Origin: Octopus sinensis
Lineage: Eukaryota
NCBI RefSeq assembly: GCF_006345805.1
Contig: NC_043005.1
Location: forward strand, 12,896,001 to 12,960,000
DNA length: 64,000 nucleotides
Direction: 5' to 3'
Shown here: piece after piece, positions 37,240 to 51,490 of the stretch
How the letters are laid out: each line of letters begins with the position of its first letter
Position numbering within the stretch: the first letter of the stretch is position 1
Notes under the pieces: generated by a model
Seen by the model: the letters and a program-made list of their open reading frames with translations, nothing else
Told to the model about the DNA's origin: nothing
Databases searched by the model: none
Made by a program: the position numbers and the translations under genes

Positions 37240-38450
37240 GCTACCGCTATTTATTTGCTCCTTCCATCTCATTTTCACTGCCATTGCTAGTTATGAATGA
37301 GCAAAGGGTTTCCTCCTCGAATTTCCGATTAACTACGGGAAATAAAGATGAGGGGTTCTCTTCCAATGTCTCCAAAATTGCACCTGGTGTTGTCGAGAAG
37401 AAAAAAAGCCTTGTGGCTTGCTGTTGTCGTTGTTGTTGAATGAATTTTACTGTCACGAACGACAAGCTCATCTGATTAGCGTCGTCACTGCCCACGAACC
37501 TCTGCAGTGTGTCCAGTGCATATCTGAGTAACATCAACGATAATATTCCAAGATCCCCTTGCATTAGTGGCAGATGGAGCTCTTAAACTGAAATTCCAAA
37601 CTGAAGCAAAACGAGCAATAGGTTTCAATCTTGTCAGGGGCTTTTCTTGAGACAAAACATGACAGCCAGATGATACTACCGCGCCTAAGTGATAGCAAAG
37701 CTAGCTGCTTTTAGAGATGCCTTTCCCGCAAACTATTTCTGAGTGAGACTGACCACACTGCTTGTGGCTTCTTCCCAGTTTGTATTTATATGAAGACCTG
37801 ATTTGAACCAAATTCCAATCATCTTATTTGAACCTACAATTCCGCAACAGAAGTTATTACTTCACATGGATTTGCGCTTACTACATCTTCCCGTTTCCTC
37901 ATACTACTTTTCCAGCAAAATGCAAACTATGTACTCGACACAATGGTGGTGATGTGGTCCAGGTATGCAGACACAACTTTTTTGTATCTCAGCCTGTTTA
38001 GGTTTCCAAATACATCAGCATTGGTTCTGTTGAGTAATGTTGCAGTTGTTGAAAAAGAGAATCGCTGTCGAAATGAGATTCCGAGATATAGCCAACTATT
38101 TGATCATCACTCTGCATTGTTGCGGTCCAGCATCTGAAGACAAAACCGATATCGGCTACTCTGAGGTCATCCGCCAAATAGTAATTGGTTTAAATTAATC
38201 AGAGTCCAAGCAAAAATAGATCTACTACTGATCCTGTCCCTGAAGTATAGCATTAAGTGGGGGCTGCTGTGGACAGTCCTGCCGGAGATCGCACGAGCTA
38301 ATGCGAGCACTTTTGTCAAAATGTTTAACTTTGTGCTCAAAGGTCTCTAGTATGGGCTCAAAATTCTCTAATATGATCCTCTACTTATTTTCCTTCCTCT
38401 ACGGTCATCACTATCTTCAGCTTACTCAACATGCAATGTTTACAATTTAT
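37240..38450 (-). mobile_element. Old, heavily decayed Tx1-clade LINE
   Basis: STKLNILTKVLA, VSAYLDHITTIV, IGIWFKSGLHI and GDLGILSLMLLRYAL parallel the motifs in 13601-15650. Confidence 0.7.
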
Positions 38451-40998
38451 AACAGTGCAACGAGAAGCGATAGAAACCGTATCGAACACAACTGGTGTAA
38501 TATCGTTACAGTTCATTGGATAGACCAGAAATTTGCCTCTCGCACAGACACCCAACGCACCCACTACTTTATCCACCGAAATCAATTTTTCGCGATATTC
38601 TGTCTCTTTGGTGGAGGGTCGCTATAGGCTGTCTACGTAGGCATCGAATTCTACTGTCTCTACGTCGTAGCAAAATGCCGCTGAAACACGTCACTCTATT
38701 ATTGGGAATTTGGTAGCACCCGCATGCCATTTATTGTCAAGCTGCACTTCCAACCCTATCACTCATCTAAAAGTGTTCGCTTTTCCATTTTTAGAGTAAG
38801 TACCCTAGTATGAACAATCGACATTTTTGTTTCATAGATATATTCAACGCGAGCGGTTATAATAAAATCTGCTCGTCACTTATAAACAATTTGCTAATTT
38901 TCTGCTTTTTATTATCATACCACTATTTTGCCGATCTCTTTTGCCGAACCGTGGAGTCACAAGGGCGTGAACAAACCAAAACTGTTTGTCAATAATTGGT
39001 GTTGTGATTATATATCATCGACGATGTAAACTATTTAGCTCTTCACAAAGACATTGGTTATAGTCGACTTTCATTGGCCAGATCACATTATATACAAAAT
39101 GAATTCTTATGTGTATGCACGTGTGTGTATATAAAGAAACATACATACATACATACATACCTACATTATTATGTTATGGCTGCCCCCTCGTTATCGTGTA
39201 TGGCCATTGCATGAAGCTTAACTGTTACTGGTGCTGTGATCGAATGTGACTTTTTAGCCCAGCTAAAGATCTACAATGTCTTGTACAGAATTGGCAACTA
39301 AAACTCTTGAGAGTCAACGGCCATCGAATAAATGTCTTAAGGCTGTATCATGCGCGGGGACATAGAAATAATCGGACGTACCTACATACTTACCTACATA
39401 CGTACATACATACAGACAGACAGACAGACAGGCAGGCAGACAGACAGACAGGCAGACAAACAGACAGACAGACAGTTAAATAGGTAGATAGATAAAAATC
39501 CTGAAAAGAATTTTTAGAAGATTATGAGGCAATGAAGAAACAGTCAAATAATACACGGTGTTAGGCACACGACTGAAAAAGTGTAGAAGTACAAAGCGAA
39601 AACACAACCAAAGAAGTTTACTATGAAGATAAATATTATAATGAAAGAAATAGAAAAAGTATCTAATTTTGCTATATTTAACCCCAAGCCGATGGTGATT
39701 GAGTAGGCCTTTAGCCAAAAGCATTCCAGTCGCGGCGATTCCATCATTTATATATCTATTCTGTAATGTTCACTGGACTATATTATCCTACTCAGCCTGC
39801 CCTTTTTGAAAGATGGTAGGTTGCAATTTGAGGTAATTTTCACTTCAATATCTCGCGTATTGATCGAAAACGTAGTGGCTCCCTCGTCGACCTCTTCGTG
39901 TTTATTTCATGCAGGTTGATATGCAACAAGCTCTAGGTTAGTTAATTTCTTGCAGACTTTTCCAAATGCTTGTCTTTTGAGATCTTCTAAAGAAATTATT
40001 CACATCTCACGAACGAAATTTTCTTTCTTGTTCTAGCTGGTTCCAGAATAACAGTAATATTTATTTATTATCGTGTTTCGGATTATTTATTATTCTCCGT
40101 ATTTTTGTGTTTAGTGAAGCCAATTATCCCAGAGAAATCGTTGAGAAAGTTTTTCTTTAAACTTTTCGTCCAACATCTGCAACAATCTATAGACAATTTC
40201 TTCATTTGATTACATCAATACATCAATAAAATTCTTTCCTTTGATACTGGTTCCAAGTAATTAATCTTACTTTACTTCCACAACAAAAGCATGTTTTCGA
40301 TATAAAAACGAAACGAGAAACTCAGTCTTAACAAGAATTATTACCTGCCTGTTCAGCATTCTTGTCACATTTGTCGATTTCTTTTCATGCACTTCTTTTC
40401 TAAGAAATGACATACCTATTACCTATTACCACTTAATATGAATTACTTTCTGTTCAGATTCTTAAATTTCTATTCACGCTACACGTAAACATAGATACAC
40501 GTATATACATACGCAGAAATTACATCCAATTCCCCAGCTTATCATACTCTGCTTTCATAAAAATGGATGTGTTGGATAATGTACCCTTAGATATACGCGT
40601 CAGCGAGAGGATGGTTACAGTTAGAAAACACTATGTCATCACTGAGCGAGCTGGAAATAGCAACCAAATCTCCCACAAATGACAACCGACTGACTTAAAT
40701 ATGGAAGTCACACATCGGATATTGTAATATTATTAAATCCACCGAAGAGACATGATGGTCACGTTTGGTATATTTTTTTTTACCATAAGTCTGCTCTACC
40801 AGAACTGACATGGAATTTAAACGACAAAAAAAAAAAAGAAAACATCCCTATAAAGACAAGCTCAGATGACTCGGGCCGAAAAGAATGCCTTTACGGGGTC
40901 ACTTGATCTGTTAGAAACAGCTGTCGATTATCACTGGAGCCATACCATGTCGTCTTACAAGAAACATTTCATTAGATAAAGTAGCCCACAGTACTATA

Positions 40999-41259
40999 TT
41001 CTTTTCTGCTCTAGGCACACCCGAAATTTTGGAGGAGAGGGCCAGTCGATTAGATCGACCCCAGTACGTAACTGGTACTTAATTTATCGACCCCGAAAGG
41101 ATGAAAGGCAAAGTCGACCTCAGCGGAATTTGAACTCAGAACGAAAAGACAGACGAAACAAGACAGTTATGCAATGGGGTCGATATAATCGACTTAATCC
41201 CTTTGTCTGTCTTTGTTTGTCCCCTCTGTGTTTAGCCCCTTGTGGGTAGTAAAGAAATA
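40999..41259. mobile_element. Inverted pair of SINE family A fragments (tail-c copy on -, tail-a 3' part on +)
   Basis: 40999-41158 is the reverse-strand core; 41175-41259 is tail-a, followed by GGTATTTCGTCTGTC. Confidence 0.85.
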
Positions 41260-42273
41260 GGTATTTCGTCTGTCTGGCGTTAGAGCCAGTTGAAATTTGT
41301 GAAAGGATTCCACTGTTACAAGGTTATGTGGATTAGCAGCGCCGGTCTAGGTGTGGGGACTTTACTCAGTTAAAGGGTCCGCTTGAGATGTGTCGATGAT
41401 GGATCTCTTTCGTCAGACGTTGAGGATTCAGTGACTGGGCATTCCGTGTAATCAAAGTGTAATTCTCAGGCAGAATCATGGTGAGAGCGTGTAACAAGTC
41501 CACACACCCTTATTTTGAATTACAGGTATATCCCAACCGAAGGGCTTCTACAGTTTCTGTTTATGAAATTCACTCAAAGATTATGGGTTGACTCAAAGCG
41601 AAGCTCTCGCCCTAGATACCACCCCTGGAAGAGAATCCGGTATCTTATAATTGCGAAGCGAACTGCTTAACCATTCAGCCATTGTCTGCCTACTGCGAAC
41701 CTATTTCTATTGAGTTAATAATTTACACTTCATCTCTCTGCGCCAAAGCATTAGATTTCTCACCTTCCTGCCGAGATAAAATATATTTCGACCGTTTGAA
41801 CTATTTGTAATTGTGTGTTTGTGTGTTACAAGAATTCTAGAGAGATCAACGATTTGAAGGAATGAATTATGGAATGGAGAGTTAAAACGGTGCTACAAAG
41901 TCGTCAGATATAAATCGGTTTTTGGAACTATTCAGCTGTTACCTAATTGATAAATTTATTAGTTCATCTCATCAACTATTCATATAAAATGTCCGTTTAC
42001 ATAGTGCAAACATTTCCGAATCGTTGCTGCTGTATCAGTTCTTAATCAATCAATCACTGGCTTTATCCAGTAAATACGTCTATACTTTAGCGACAAAGAC
42101 GATGCCTCTGGTTGATAAACATAGTAGAGCGCGCCAGACTAGACACTTTTACTGTATGTGATCTCATCCTGCAACGAACTGTGTTCAAATTTCGTTACCT
42201 TTTCATCTACAAATTAAAATGCACTCGAAGCAAATTAATATAGACACAAAGAGAAAAAAAAAACTAGAAGCAA

Positions 42274-42657
42274 TCTCTCTATATATAAACGACAGTTTGT
42301 CTGTGCGTGTTTCTGTGTGTCTGTTAGGTTGTACCCTCACCCTGACCACGGCTTTCAACCGATTCTGATGAAACTTGACACACACATAGCCCAGTGTCAT
42401 AATTCAAAACTAACGCAGCGAAAATTTTGAAAAGTTCCCCCAGTTCTGAAAAAAATCGATAAATTCGACATGGGGTCGAGAATCAGAAACACAAACCAAA
42501 AACTGTCTAGGGGACGCAACTCCACTTTTTTTAAATCTCAAAAAAAAATTTACCATCATTTTTTCCATTTTTTTGCTATTCTTTGGCTATAAATCTCTAA
42601 AAATGCTTTATAGTTATTTCCCTTACAAACCTGAGCAGCGCCGGGCGATACTGCTAG
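42274..42657 (+). mobile_element. Non-autonomous Helitron
   Basis: A|TCTCTCTATATATAAAC..GTTTGTCTGTG ... CCTGAGCAGCGCCGGGCGATACTGCTAG|T. Confidence 0.88.
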
Positions 42658-42725
42658 TGTAATATAAACTCGAAGCAATTTAAAATAGTAGATATTTAGA
42701 TAAAATATGATAGATCTCTTTTAGT

Positions 42726-42952
42726 TTTTTTTACTTGTTTCAGTCATTGAACTGCGACCATGCTGGGGCATCATCTTGAACGGTTCCATCGAACAAATCG
42801 ACTTCAATAGTCATTTGTTTATCTCTGGTATTTAAGCCTGGTACTATCGGCCACTTTGCCGAACCACTAATTTATGGGAACGTAAAAAGACCAATACCGG
42901 TGCTCAAGCGGTGGGGAGGTGTACAGATACAAATATATTGACAACACACACT

Positions 42953-42987
<35 letters not shown>

Positions 42988-43250
42988 ACACACACACACA
43001 CACGTTGTTGACGTCATAAGAATGTATAAATTTCGAGAGAATATGGAATAATAAATTTTTGGAACGGTGGATCTGGAAATAAATAAAAGTATGAATATAT
43101 AAATACGTCGGGCTTCTTCGCAGTTTCCGTCTAGCAAATTCATTGACAAGGCATTAGTCGGTTCGGGGTTATAGAACAATAAATTTGCCCAAAGTACCGT
43201 GCAGAGGGATTGAACCTGTAACAATGCGATTGCAAAGCAAGCTTCTGTAC
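42726..43250 (-). mobile_element. SINE family B, diverged
   Basis: Tail at 42726, head near 43250, CT/CA microsatellite between them. Confidence 0.75.
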
Positions 43251-43377
43251 CGAATGTCTTGAATCTAAAGCCCAAGATTAACATGTCTTTCTTTGAAGGA
43301 TGCTTTTAAGGACTCTATGACCAAAACGCTTTCCAAATTACCCAGACTACCTACCTGAAAATAATTACCACATATTC

Positions 43378-43560
43378 AGGTGCAGGAGTGGCTCTGTGGT
43401 AAGTAGCTAGCTTACCAACCACATTGTTCCGGGTTCAGTCCCACTGCGTGGCACCTTGGGTAAGTGTCTGCTACCATGGCCTCGGGTTTGTGAGTGCATT
43501 TGGTAGTCGGAAACTGAAAGAATTCCGTCGTATGTATAAATATATATATGTGTGTGTGTA

Positions 43561-43592
<32 letters not shown>

Positions 43593-43830
43593 TGTGTGTG
43601 TGTGTGTCTGTGTGTGTCTGTGTGTGCGCGTGTGTATATGTTTGTGTGTGTGTGTTTGTCACCCCAACATCGCTTGACAACTGATACTGGTGTGTTTACA
43701 TCCCCGTAACTTAGCGGTTCGGCTAAAGAGACCGATAGAATAAGTACTAGGCCTACAAAGAAAAAGTCCTGGGTTCGATTTGCTCTACTAAAAGGCGCCG
43801 CAGTCAAAATGAATGAAGTAAAAGAAAAGA
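43378..43830 (+). mobile_element. SINE family B
   Basis: Matches 21064-21511 with an internal (TG)n. Confidence 0.88.
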
Positions 43831-44084
43831 ATATGGTCGGCCGGAACCGCAACTCTTCGTTCGATACTGCGACAGTATTGTGCTGTAGGCAAGGAGCTCT
43901 TTAGCTTGTAGTATAAAGTTAAATTCTACATGAAAATTACGAGAATCGATTCCGCTATACAATCAAAGAACCCAGTACGGACATTACTCACACGTATATG
44001 TATACGTCGACCCCTTCCTCCAAAAGATCTTAATCTTGCAAGTTACTGGTGCTACTTACAAAGTGTCCGGTTCACACTGGAAAG

Positions 44085-44548
44085 TGGTTACCATTAAGAA
44101 GAGGACCCAGCTGTAAAGACCATACCAAAACTGGCTTCGCCTGTGCTAATGCTACGGGGAAAAAAGACATTCAATCCACCCTTCGGTGTGGTTTATGTTG
44201 GGAAGGGTACCTAGCCGTAAAAATCATACCAAAATAGACATCACCTGTGTTAGTGCTACGAAAGCAAAAAAAAATCCACTCAGTCCACTCTGCGGAGTGG
44301 TTGGTGTTAGGAAGTGCATCCAGCTGTAAAACCATACCAAAATTGACCTCGCCTGTGCTAGTGCTACGGAAACAAAAAAAAATGACACAGTCCACTCTGC
44401 GGAGTGGTTGGTGTCAGGAAGGGCACACATCCGTAAAAACCGATACGGAAGTATGGTACAGTATTCTGCCTGGGCAGCTTCTGTCAAACCGTCCAACCCC
44501 TGCCAGCATGGAAGGCGGACATTAAGCGATGATGATGATGACGATGAT
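44085..44548 (+). mobile_element. RTE-type 3' tail element with ~107-bp internal tandem repeats and a (GAT)n tail
   Basis: Units at ~44109, 44212, 44321 and 44429; end TGTCAAACCGTCCAACCCCTGCCAGCATGGAAGGCGGAC..GATGATGAT; clade assignment from memory. Confidence 0.6.
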
Positions 44549-44550
44549 AC

Positions 44551-44607
<57 letters not shown>

Positions 44608-44799
44608 ATATATATATAACATACCTGGACATTTGCAGTTGAATATGCATATACGACATATATACGTATGCATGTACACGTATACAGCGTATAACTATAT
44701 ATTGATAAAAATTCAGACATGCACACTTACATGTACATATGCAAAGATAAATGTTTATATACACATATCCATATCTGTAAATGCATGCACATTTATGCA

Positions 44800-45559
44800 T
44801 TACAAATGACACAGATACATATAGACGAATGCACACAAATACATATGCACACATTTATATGTGCATATATATACATGTGCATATAGAAACATAGATCTAC
44901 GCATATAAATACATATATGTACACACACATGAATATAAATATACACAAACACATATATATATATATACACAAACAAAGCATGCATATATACATATAATAC
45001 ATGCAAACGCGCATGCGCGAGTGGTCACACGTGTATACATACATACACACATCCATACATACACACATAGATACATATACACATACATACATAATACATA
45101 CACACATACATACATACATACGTACATACTTACGTACATACACATACATACACACAAGCATACATACATACATACACACATACATACATACATACATACA
45201 CACATACACGCATACATACATACATACATACATACACACACGCATATATACATACACACATACATACATACATGCACACATACATACATGCACACATACA
45301 TACATACATGCATACATACATACATACACACACACATGCATACATACATACATGCACACATACATACACACATACATACACACACGCATACATACATACT
45401 ACATACATACATACATACATACATACACACACATACACATACACTCATAGGCGCACACCTACGAGCGCATGCGTACACGTGCGGACGCCCATGCAAGTTG
45501 ACAGCTGCTGCATGCCTAGATTTCCTAGTAACGTGATTCGTATAACAACAACAACAACA

Positions 45560-45621
<62 letters not shown>

Positions 45622-45804
45622 TACTACTACTACTTCTACTACTACTACTACTTCTACTACTACTACAATAACAACAAAAGCGAATACACATTCTCCACAG
45701 CCCCACCCCGCTAATATCAAGAAAATAGCAACAACAGCAGTGAATAAACCACCACCACCATCACCACCGCAAGCACTATCACCTCTTCTGCCGCCGTCGC
45801 TGCC

Positions 45805-45841
<37 letters not shown>

Positions 45842-46847
45842 TCAATAATGAAGTGTCACTACCAACAAAAACACCATCATCGTCGCTACCACCACCACCT
45901 CCACCACCACAATACTCCTACTATCACCATCCCTGACGTCGTCTCCACCGCCAGCACCACCAGCACCAGCGCCAACACCACTACCACCACCACCACCAAC
46001 ACCACCACCGACAATAACAACAATAATGAAGTGCAATTACAACACCCCCCTCCACTATCATCATCTCTCCCGCCAACAACCACTGCCACCACCACCACAA
46101 CCACCACCACTACTCCCACCACTGCCACGACCCCCACCACCATCGCTACCGCCGCCACCACTACCACCAGTGAAAACATTAACAACTAATAATAATAATG
46201 TTGGCGATGATGATGATGTTGACGATGATGATGACAATGATGATGATGATGATGATGATGATGATGGTTGTGGTGGTGGTGGTGGTGGAGGTGGTGCTGG
46301 TTGTGGTGGTGGTGGTGGTGGTGGTTTTGGTGGTGATGGTCGTGGCAACGGTTAGTATTATTTCATCGCTTGTATCAACAGCCTGAACGAAGCGCAGAAA
46401 CAACGACGCACATGCCAAGGTGGACAATGCTCAACAACACACTCGACTATAAGCGGGGATGCGACGGGGTGGGCTGGGATGGAGGTACGATGGCACAAAA
46501 CTACGCATGAAGTTAACACCCCCAACACCACCACCACCACCACCACTAAATGCATCAGCAACACCACCACCGGTATAGTACCGTTACCGATTCTAATGTC
46601 GCCAGCAGCAGCACCCCCCCCCCTTCGCCACCACTGCCGACATCGCGCACCAGCTGCAGCAGCACCACCACCACCATCGCCACCATCGCTGTCAACACCA
46701 AGATATGCTTAGTAACATGTCAATGACTTTGTTTCTAGGCAAACTAAATATGAACAACAGCATTTGCTCTGTTTGTTTATTGATATATTTTGATAATGTT
46801 CAAGAGAGGAAGCACAAAGCAAAACAAAGGGACAAAGAGCAAACAAC

Positions 46848-46915
<68 letters not shown>
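44800..46915. repeat. CATA, ACT, CAC, GAT and AAT microsatellite cluster
   Basis: Direct inspection. Confidence 0.95.
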
Positions 46916-46917
<2 letters not shown>

Positions 46918-47627
46918 GAGTATCTCAACAGGCACGATAGAGCTGCACTATATATATACTGGGTAATCTGTAAAAACCTGGATTTGCCCCATGAAAAAAA
47001 CTGGTGGGAACACAAAACCACCCCCAGTGCTTGAAAATGACCACATCTCACTCCTCTGGAACTTCACCATTCAAACTGACAGGAAGATAGATGCAAATAG
47101 GCCAGACATCATATTGAAAGACTTCAAACAAAGAACATGCCTCCTCATTGATATGACTGTCCCAATCGATATAAACGTATCTGTCAAGACCTACCAAAAA
47201 CTGAGCAAATATAAAGACCTTGAAATAGAAATCAGCAAAATGTGGAAGCTGAAGACTAAAACAATACCTGTTGTCATAGGTGCCCTGGGAATGATAGCAA
47301 AAGGGGCTGATAGCTACCTAACTCAGATACCAGGAAACCCCAAAATGGCAGAAGTTCAAAAGATAGTGCTCATGGGAACTGCTCATATCCTACGCAAAAT
47401 ACTCTCTATGTAACCTCAAGGTTTAAAACAAACATAATTTTCGGTTTAAAAAAAAAAAAAAAAAAAACTTTTTTTTTAGACATTCATTAGTACAACATCC
47501 CCACCCCCCAAATATATGGCACACTAGGCATAACAACAACATGAACTTCCAACCCTGTTGTCTCTTGAGGTCTCTGGGTGAGACTTGGAGCCAACTTGTA
47601 CAAATATAAAGCAAAAGTCAAACATAG
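46918..47627 (+). mobile_element. R4/Dong-like LINE 3' fragment flanked by (AAT)n
   Basis: EYLNRHD..LLWNFTIQTDRKIDANRPDIILKD..LIDMTVP..KLSKY; AAT arrays at 46846-46917 and 47628-47640. Confidence 0.92.
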
Positions 47628-47640
47628 AATAATAATAATA

Positions 47641-47973
47641 GTAGAGCATCATAGCCATGTGTTGAGAGGGATTCTTTGGGGTTTGAATAATTCACTTCTG
47701 GAAACATGGGTGGTTCTTTCAACATCCTTAAACGACCCTTATTCAGGGACCTTTTGAGCGGGATGGGCTACTCGACCTGAAGAAAATTCTAACTGGGCCC
47801 CACCTGCAAGGTCATGCGCTGTTTACCTTGATATGAGATCACCATGTTGCGCACACATGGTTGTGATGCATGTGCCTAGTGTACCCTTATCAGACGGTAG
47901 TCATGATGGGTAGATTGGGCTTCGTATATTTTACCCCAGTGTCACTTTGATGGCATGAACTGCTCTCTCATTC
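47641..47973 (+). mobile_element. Probable 3' UTR of another AAT-tailed LINE family
   Basis: Non-coding block between AAT arrays, followed by ~250 bp of (AAT)n; classification is inference. Confidence 0.45.
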
Positions 47974-48037
47974 AATAATAATAGTAATAATAATAATAAT
48001 GATAATAATGATAATAATAATAATAATAATGATGATG

Positions 48038-48073
<36 letters not shown>

Positions 48074-48097
48074 GTAATAATGATGATGATGATGATG

Positions 48098-48167
<70 letters not shown>

Positions 48168-48563
48168 CAATAATAATAATAATAATAATAATGATAATAA
48201 TAATAAAAATAATAATAATAAAGGTGGTGGAGTTTGTGCTGCCGTTATGAATGGCGACGCAACAATTAGGGACTCCTTTGTAGCGGTGACCTGTGAATCT
48301 TACTATTGCAAACCTCGTGGTAAAACATTCGTGAATAGGATTACGTCTTTGTAGAGTATGGTCGTTGGTGAGTGGACATGTACACGTGTGTACACTCATA
48401 TATACAGATGTGTGTGTGTGTGTGTGTGTGTGTGCGTGAGCGTTTTCATGCCCTGTTGTAAGAAAACCAATTTTACATTAAATTGAAGAATTACTCAGTA
48501 TTTTTTAGGGTTCACGTTTATAAATGCGTTTACAATAAATTGTGTGTATGTGTGGCGAGCATG

Positions 48564-48979
48564 GGATCTTTTCGGTTTGAACGGCAGTTTTTAACATAAT
48601 TTCTAGGTAACTAAAAAATTTTAAACTTCGTATACTGGTAGAATGTGTTTATAAAACATCTTTTTCTCTTGGCTTTATTGAGAATATTCTATAGTTTGTA
48701 AGATATTTGGGTTTTTTTCTTCAATTTCTGCAATTTCAACCAATCAATGACCTCCATTGAGGTAAAAAAACATTCTGTGCCGTATGAATATGTCCCTCGT
48801 TTAAGAAACAGATTGGGTTTATTTACATTTGGGAAGAAAATAAGATACCCCACCCTCCACCCCTAACCCTAACCCTAAAACAGATTGAAATGCAATAGAT
48901 CGATACTAGGATCATGATTATGGGTGACAATTTCATATGACACCGCTAGAAAAAACTGCCGTTCAAACCGAAAAGATCC
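48564..48979. mobile_element. Merlin-like MITE copy 2
   Basis: Same TIRs and interior as 24701-25148, with fewer CCCTAA units; no TSD visible. A degenerate piece also lies near 28640-28730. Confidence 0.88.
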
Positions 48980-48989
48980 AAGAACCTTT

Positions 48990-49085
48990 AGATAGATTCT
49001 CGTCTGAGATACCATATGAACCCACAGCAAGGCAAGATGGGCAAATGAGAGTGACGTCATCAAACTCCCTAATTCATCAGAACCA
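48990..49085 (+). mobile_element. CR1-like LINE 3' fragment
   Basis: SEIPYEPTARQDGQMRVTSSNSLIHQ parallels SGVPDEPTSRQEGQMRAAASNSLMHQ at ~54490-54565. Confidence 0.7.
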
Positions 49086-49375
49086 ACCAAACAAGGAAAA
49101 TAGACTGAAAATGAAATGAAATAAAGTAATAATCTCACTATGGCGGCATTCCATCATGGCTATAGTTTCTCTGGCTGATACAAATGTACTTAAAAGTATG
49201 TATGTATGTATGTATGTATGTATGTATGTATGTATGTATGTATGTATGTATGTATGTATGTATGTATGTATGTATTTATGTATGTATGTATGTGTGTATG
49301 TATGTATGTATGTATGTATGTATATATGTATGTGTGTATATGTGTGTGTCTCTGCGTGTGTATGTATGCTTGAAG

Positions 49376-49408
<33 letters not shown>

Positions 49409-49409
<1 letters not shown>

Positions 49410-49704
49410 GCGCAATGACCCAGTGGTTAGGGCAGCGGACTCGCGGTTGTAGGATCGCGGTTTCGATTCCCAGACCGGGCGTTGTGAGTGTTTATTGAGC
49501 GAAAACACCTAAAGCTCCACGCGGCTCCGGCAGTGGGGGTGGTGGCGATCCCTGCTGTACTCTTTCGCCACAACTTTCTCTCACTCTTTCTTCTGTTGGC
49601 CTGCTCGCTTAGCCAGCGGGGTGGCGCCATTTTAAGGCCAAAACAATGTGAAGCGCATTGTGACCAGCGATGTGTAGTAACATCTGATAGCCTGGTCGGT
49701 CACG

Positions 49705-49708
<4 letters not shown>
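49409..49708 (+). mobile_element. SINE family C head with the alternative tail
   Basis: First ~185 bp match 29968-30351; the 3' ~110 bp match only 2701-2823. Confidence 0.9.
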
Positions 49709-49765
<57 letters not shown>

Positions 49766-49977
49766 TGAGGTATATTTGTGGATAACCCTTAAGGGTCGAT
49801 GCTACTGTAGCTTTTAGGCCCAGGAAGACATCCCCTCCAACTGATTATTGACACACTATCTGTGCGCTATTAGTATTTGCAAAGGGGTGTCATTGCTCCC
49901 ATCTCCAGCCTGACGTGATACACACGGACCCGAGTTTCCCATCATCAGCGGTTGGCGATGGGAAATAGTTCTCAATG

Positions 49978-50022
<45 letters not shown>

Positions 50023-50165
50023 TTTTTCCAGTGACGAAAAATTAGTGATCTCGAAAAAGTGGAAACAAGCAACTCTGAGCGACTTATAAACAGTATATAT
50101 ATATATTCAAACATGCATATGCACATAGATACATACAAACATACATATATACATAAATATATATA

Positions 50166-50212
<47 letters not shown>

Positions 50213-50249
50213 ACTTATAAATAAGGGCAAACGAAAAGAATTCTAATGC

Positions 50250-50294
<45 letters not shown>

Positions 50295-50343
50295 GATGGC
50301 TTTGGGTAATCACTATGGATCTTCATAATTCTGTAAATGATAA

Positions 50344-51445
50344 TCTGTATATATATAAGGCAAGAAGTGTGTGTGTTGTGTGTGTGTGTAAGTATTTGTA
50401 GTTTACGCACATCCACAAATTAGCACGCATGTCGCTCAAATTGTAGGAGGACATTCGTCAACATCCTATCTGGGTTTTGTCAACTTATTTTTCCCCCGAT
50501 GCACCCGCGGATAGCGGTAAAATTCTATTTTCAGCCATATCTTTTAGTGGTAAAACCTATTTTCAGCCATAGCTTTTTGACGGCGTCTAACAAAAAAAAA
50601 TAAGATAAAGAAAAGTGGAAGAGAGTTTCACGGCGTCTAAACCAAAAAAAAGGGAAAGATAAAGTGAGAGAGAGAGAGAGAGAGTAAGTGACGACGTTCA
50701 TAAAAATATAATGTAAAATGCTTTGTTTTTTCTTAAACACGAGATTAGTGCTCAAATTCATGATGTTTTTGAAAGACACCATAGTATATATACTTTCTCA
50801 CACAAAAATTACAATATATTTTAAATCATTTATTTATTTTAAATCATTCATCTTTCTTCCCCCCTCTCTCTCTTATACACATTACTTTGGGTGTGAAAGA
50901 GTTTTGTTTTTATTTTACGCCGCGTAAAAAAGTGTTTTGTTGAGAATCCATGTATTTAACAACAAAGAAACAAAGATGTGAGTAACAACTTGTCAGTGAA
51001 TTACACAATATAAATGGGTACAATTTGCGAGGCTTCCACCACACACCACTCCGTTTCACGGACCACAAAAAGGGTTTTGTAGCATATTAGGATGCCAGAG
51101 TAGTTGATTCCGCGCAAAAAAAAAACGATTTTTTTTCTTAGTGAAAATCGTGCGAGTGTCAATCTACAAATTTAACATTTTTTCCATTCATTTCTGTTTA
51201 TGAACATGTATGCATGCACAAAGCATGCAATAGGTGTACGTACATACGTGTGTGTATGTGTGTTCGTGGCAGTTGCCCATATATATTTATATTATATCAT
51301 ATATATATAATATATATATAATATAACCAATTTCAACGGATTTCGCCCAAATTTGACGTCGATATTACTTATTTTGGTTTGAAATAAAGAACTTGATTAG
51401 CTTAATCGTAACATAATCCCGGGAAAGGCCGGGTTATACTGCTAG
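50344..51445 (+). mobile_element. Probable longer non-autonomous Helitron (~1.1 kb)
   Basis: A|TCTGTATATATATAAGG start; 3' hairpin CCCGG-GAAAGG-CCGGG then TACTGCTAG; the interior is assumed to be continuous. Confidence 0.65.
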
Positions 51446-51490
51446 CATTTTCTTAAACTTAAAACCTTATAAGTGATCACTGTGTAATGA

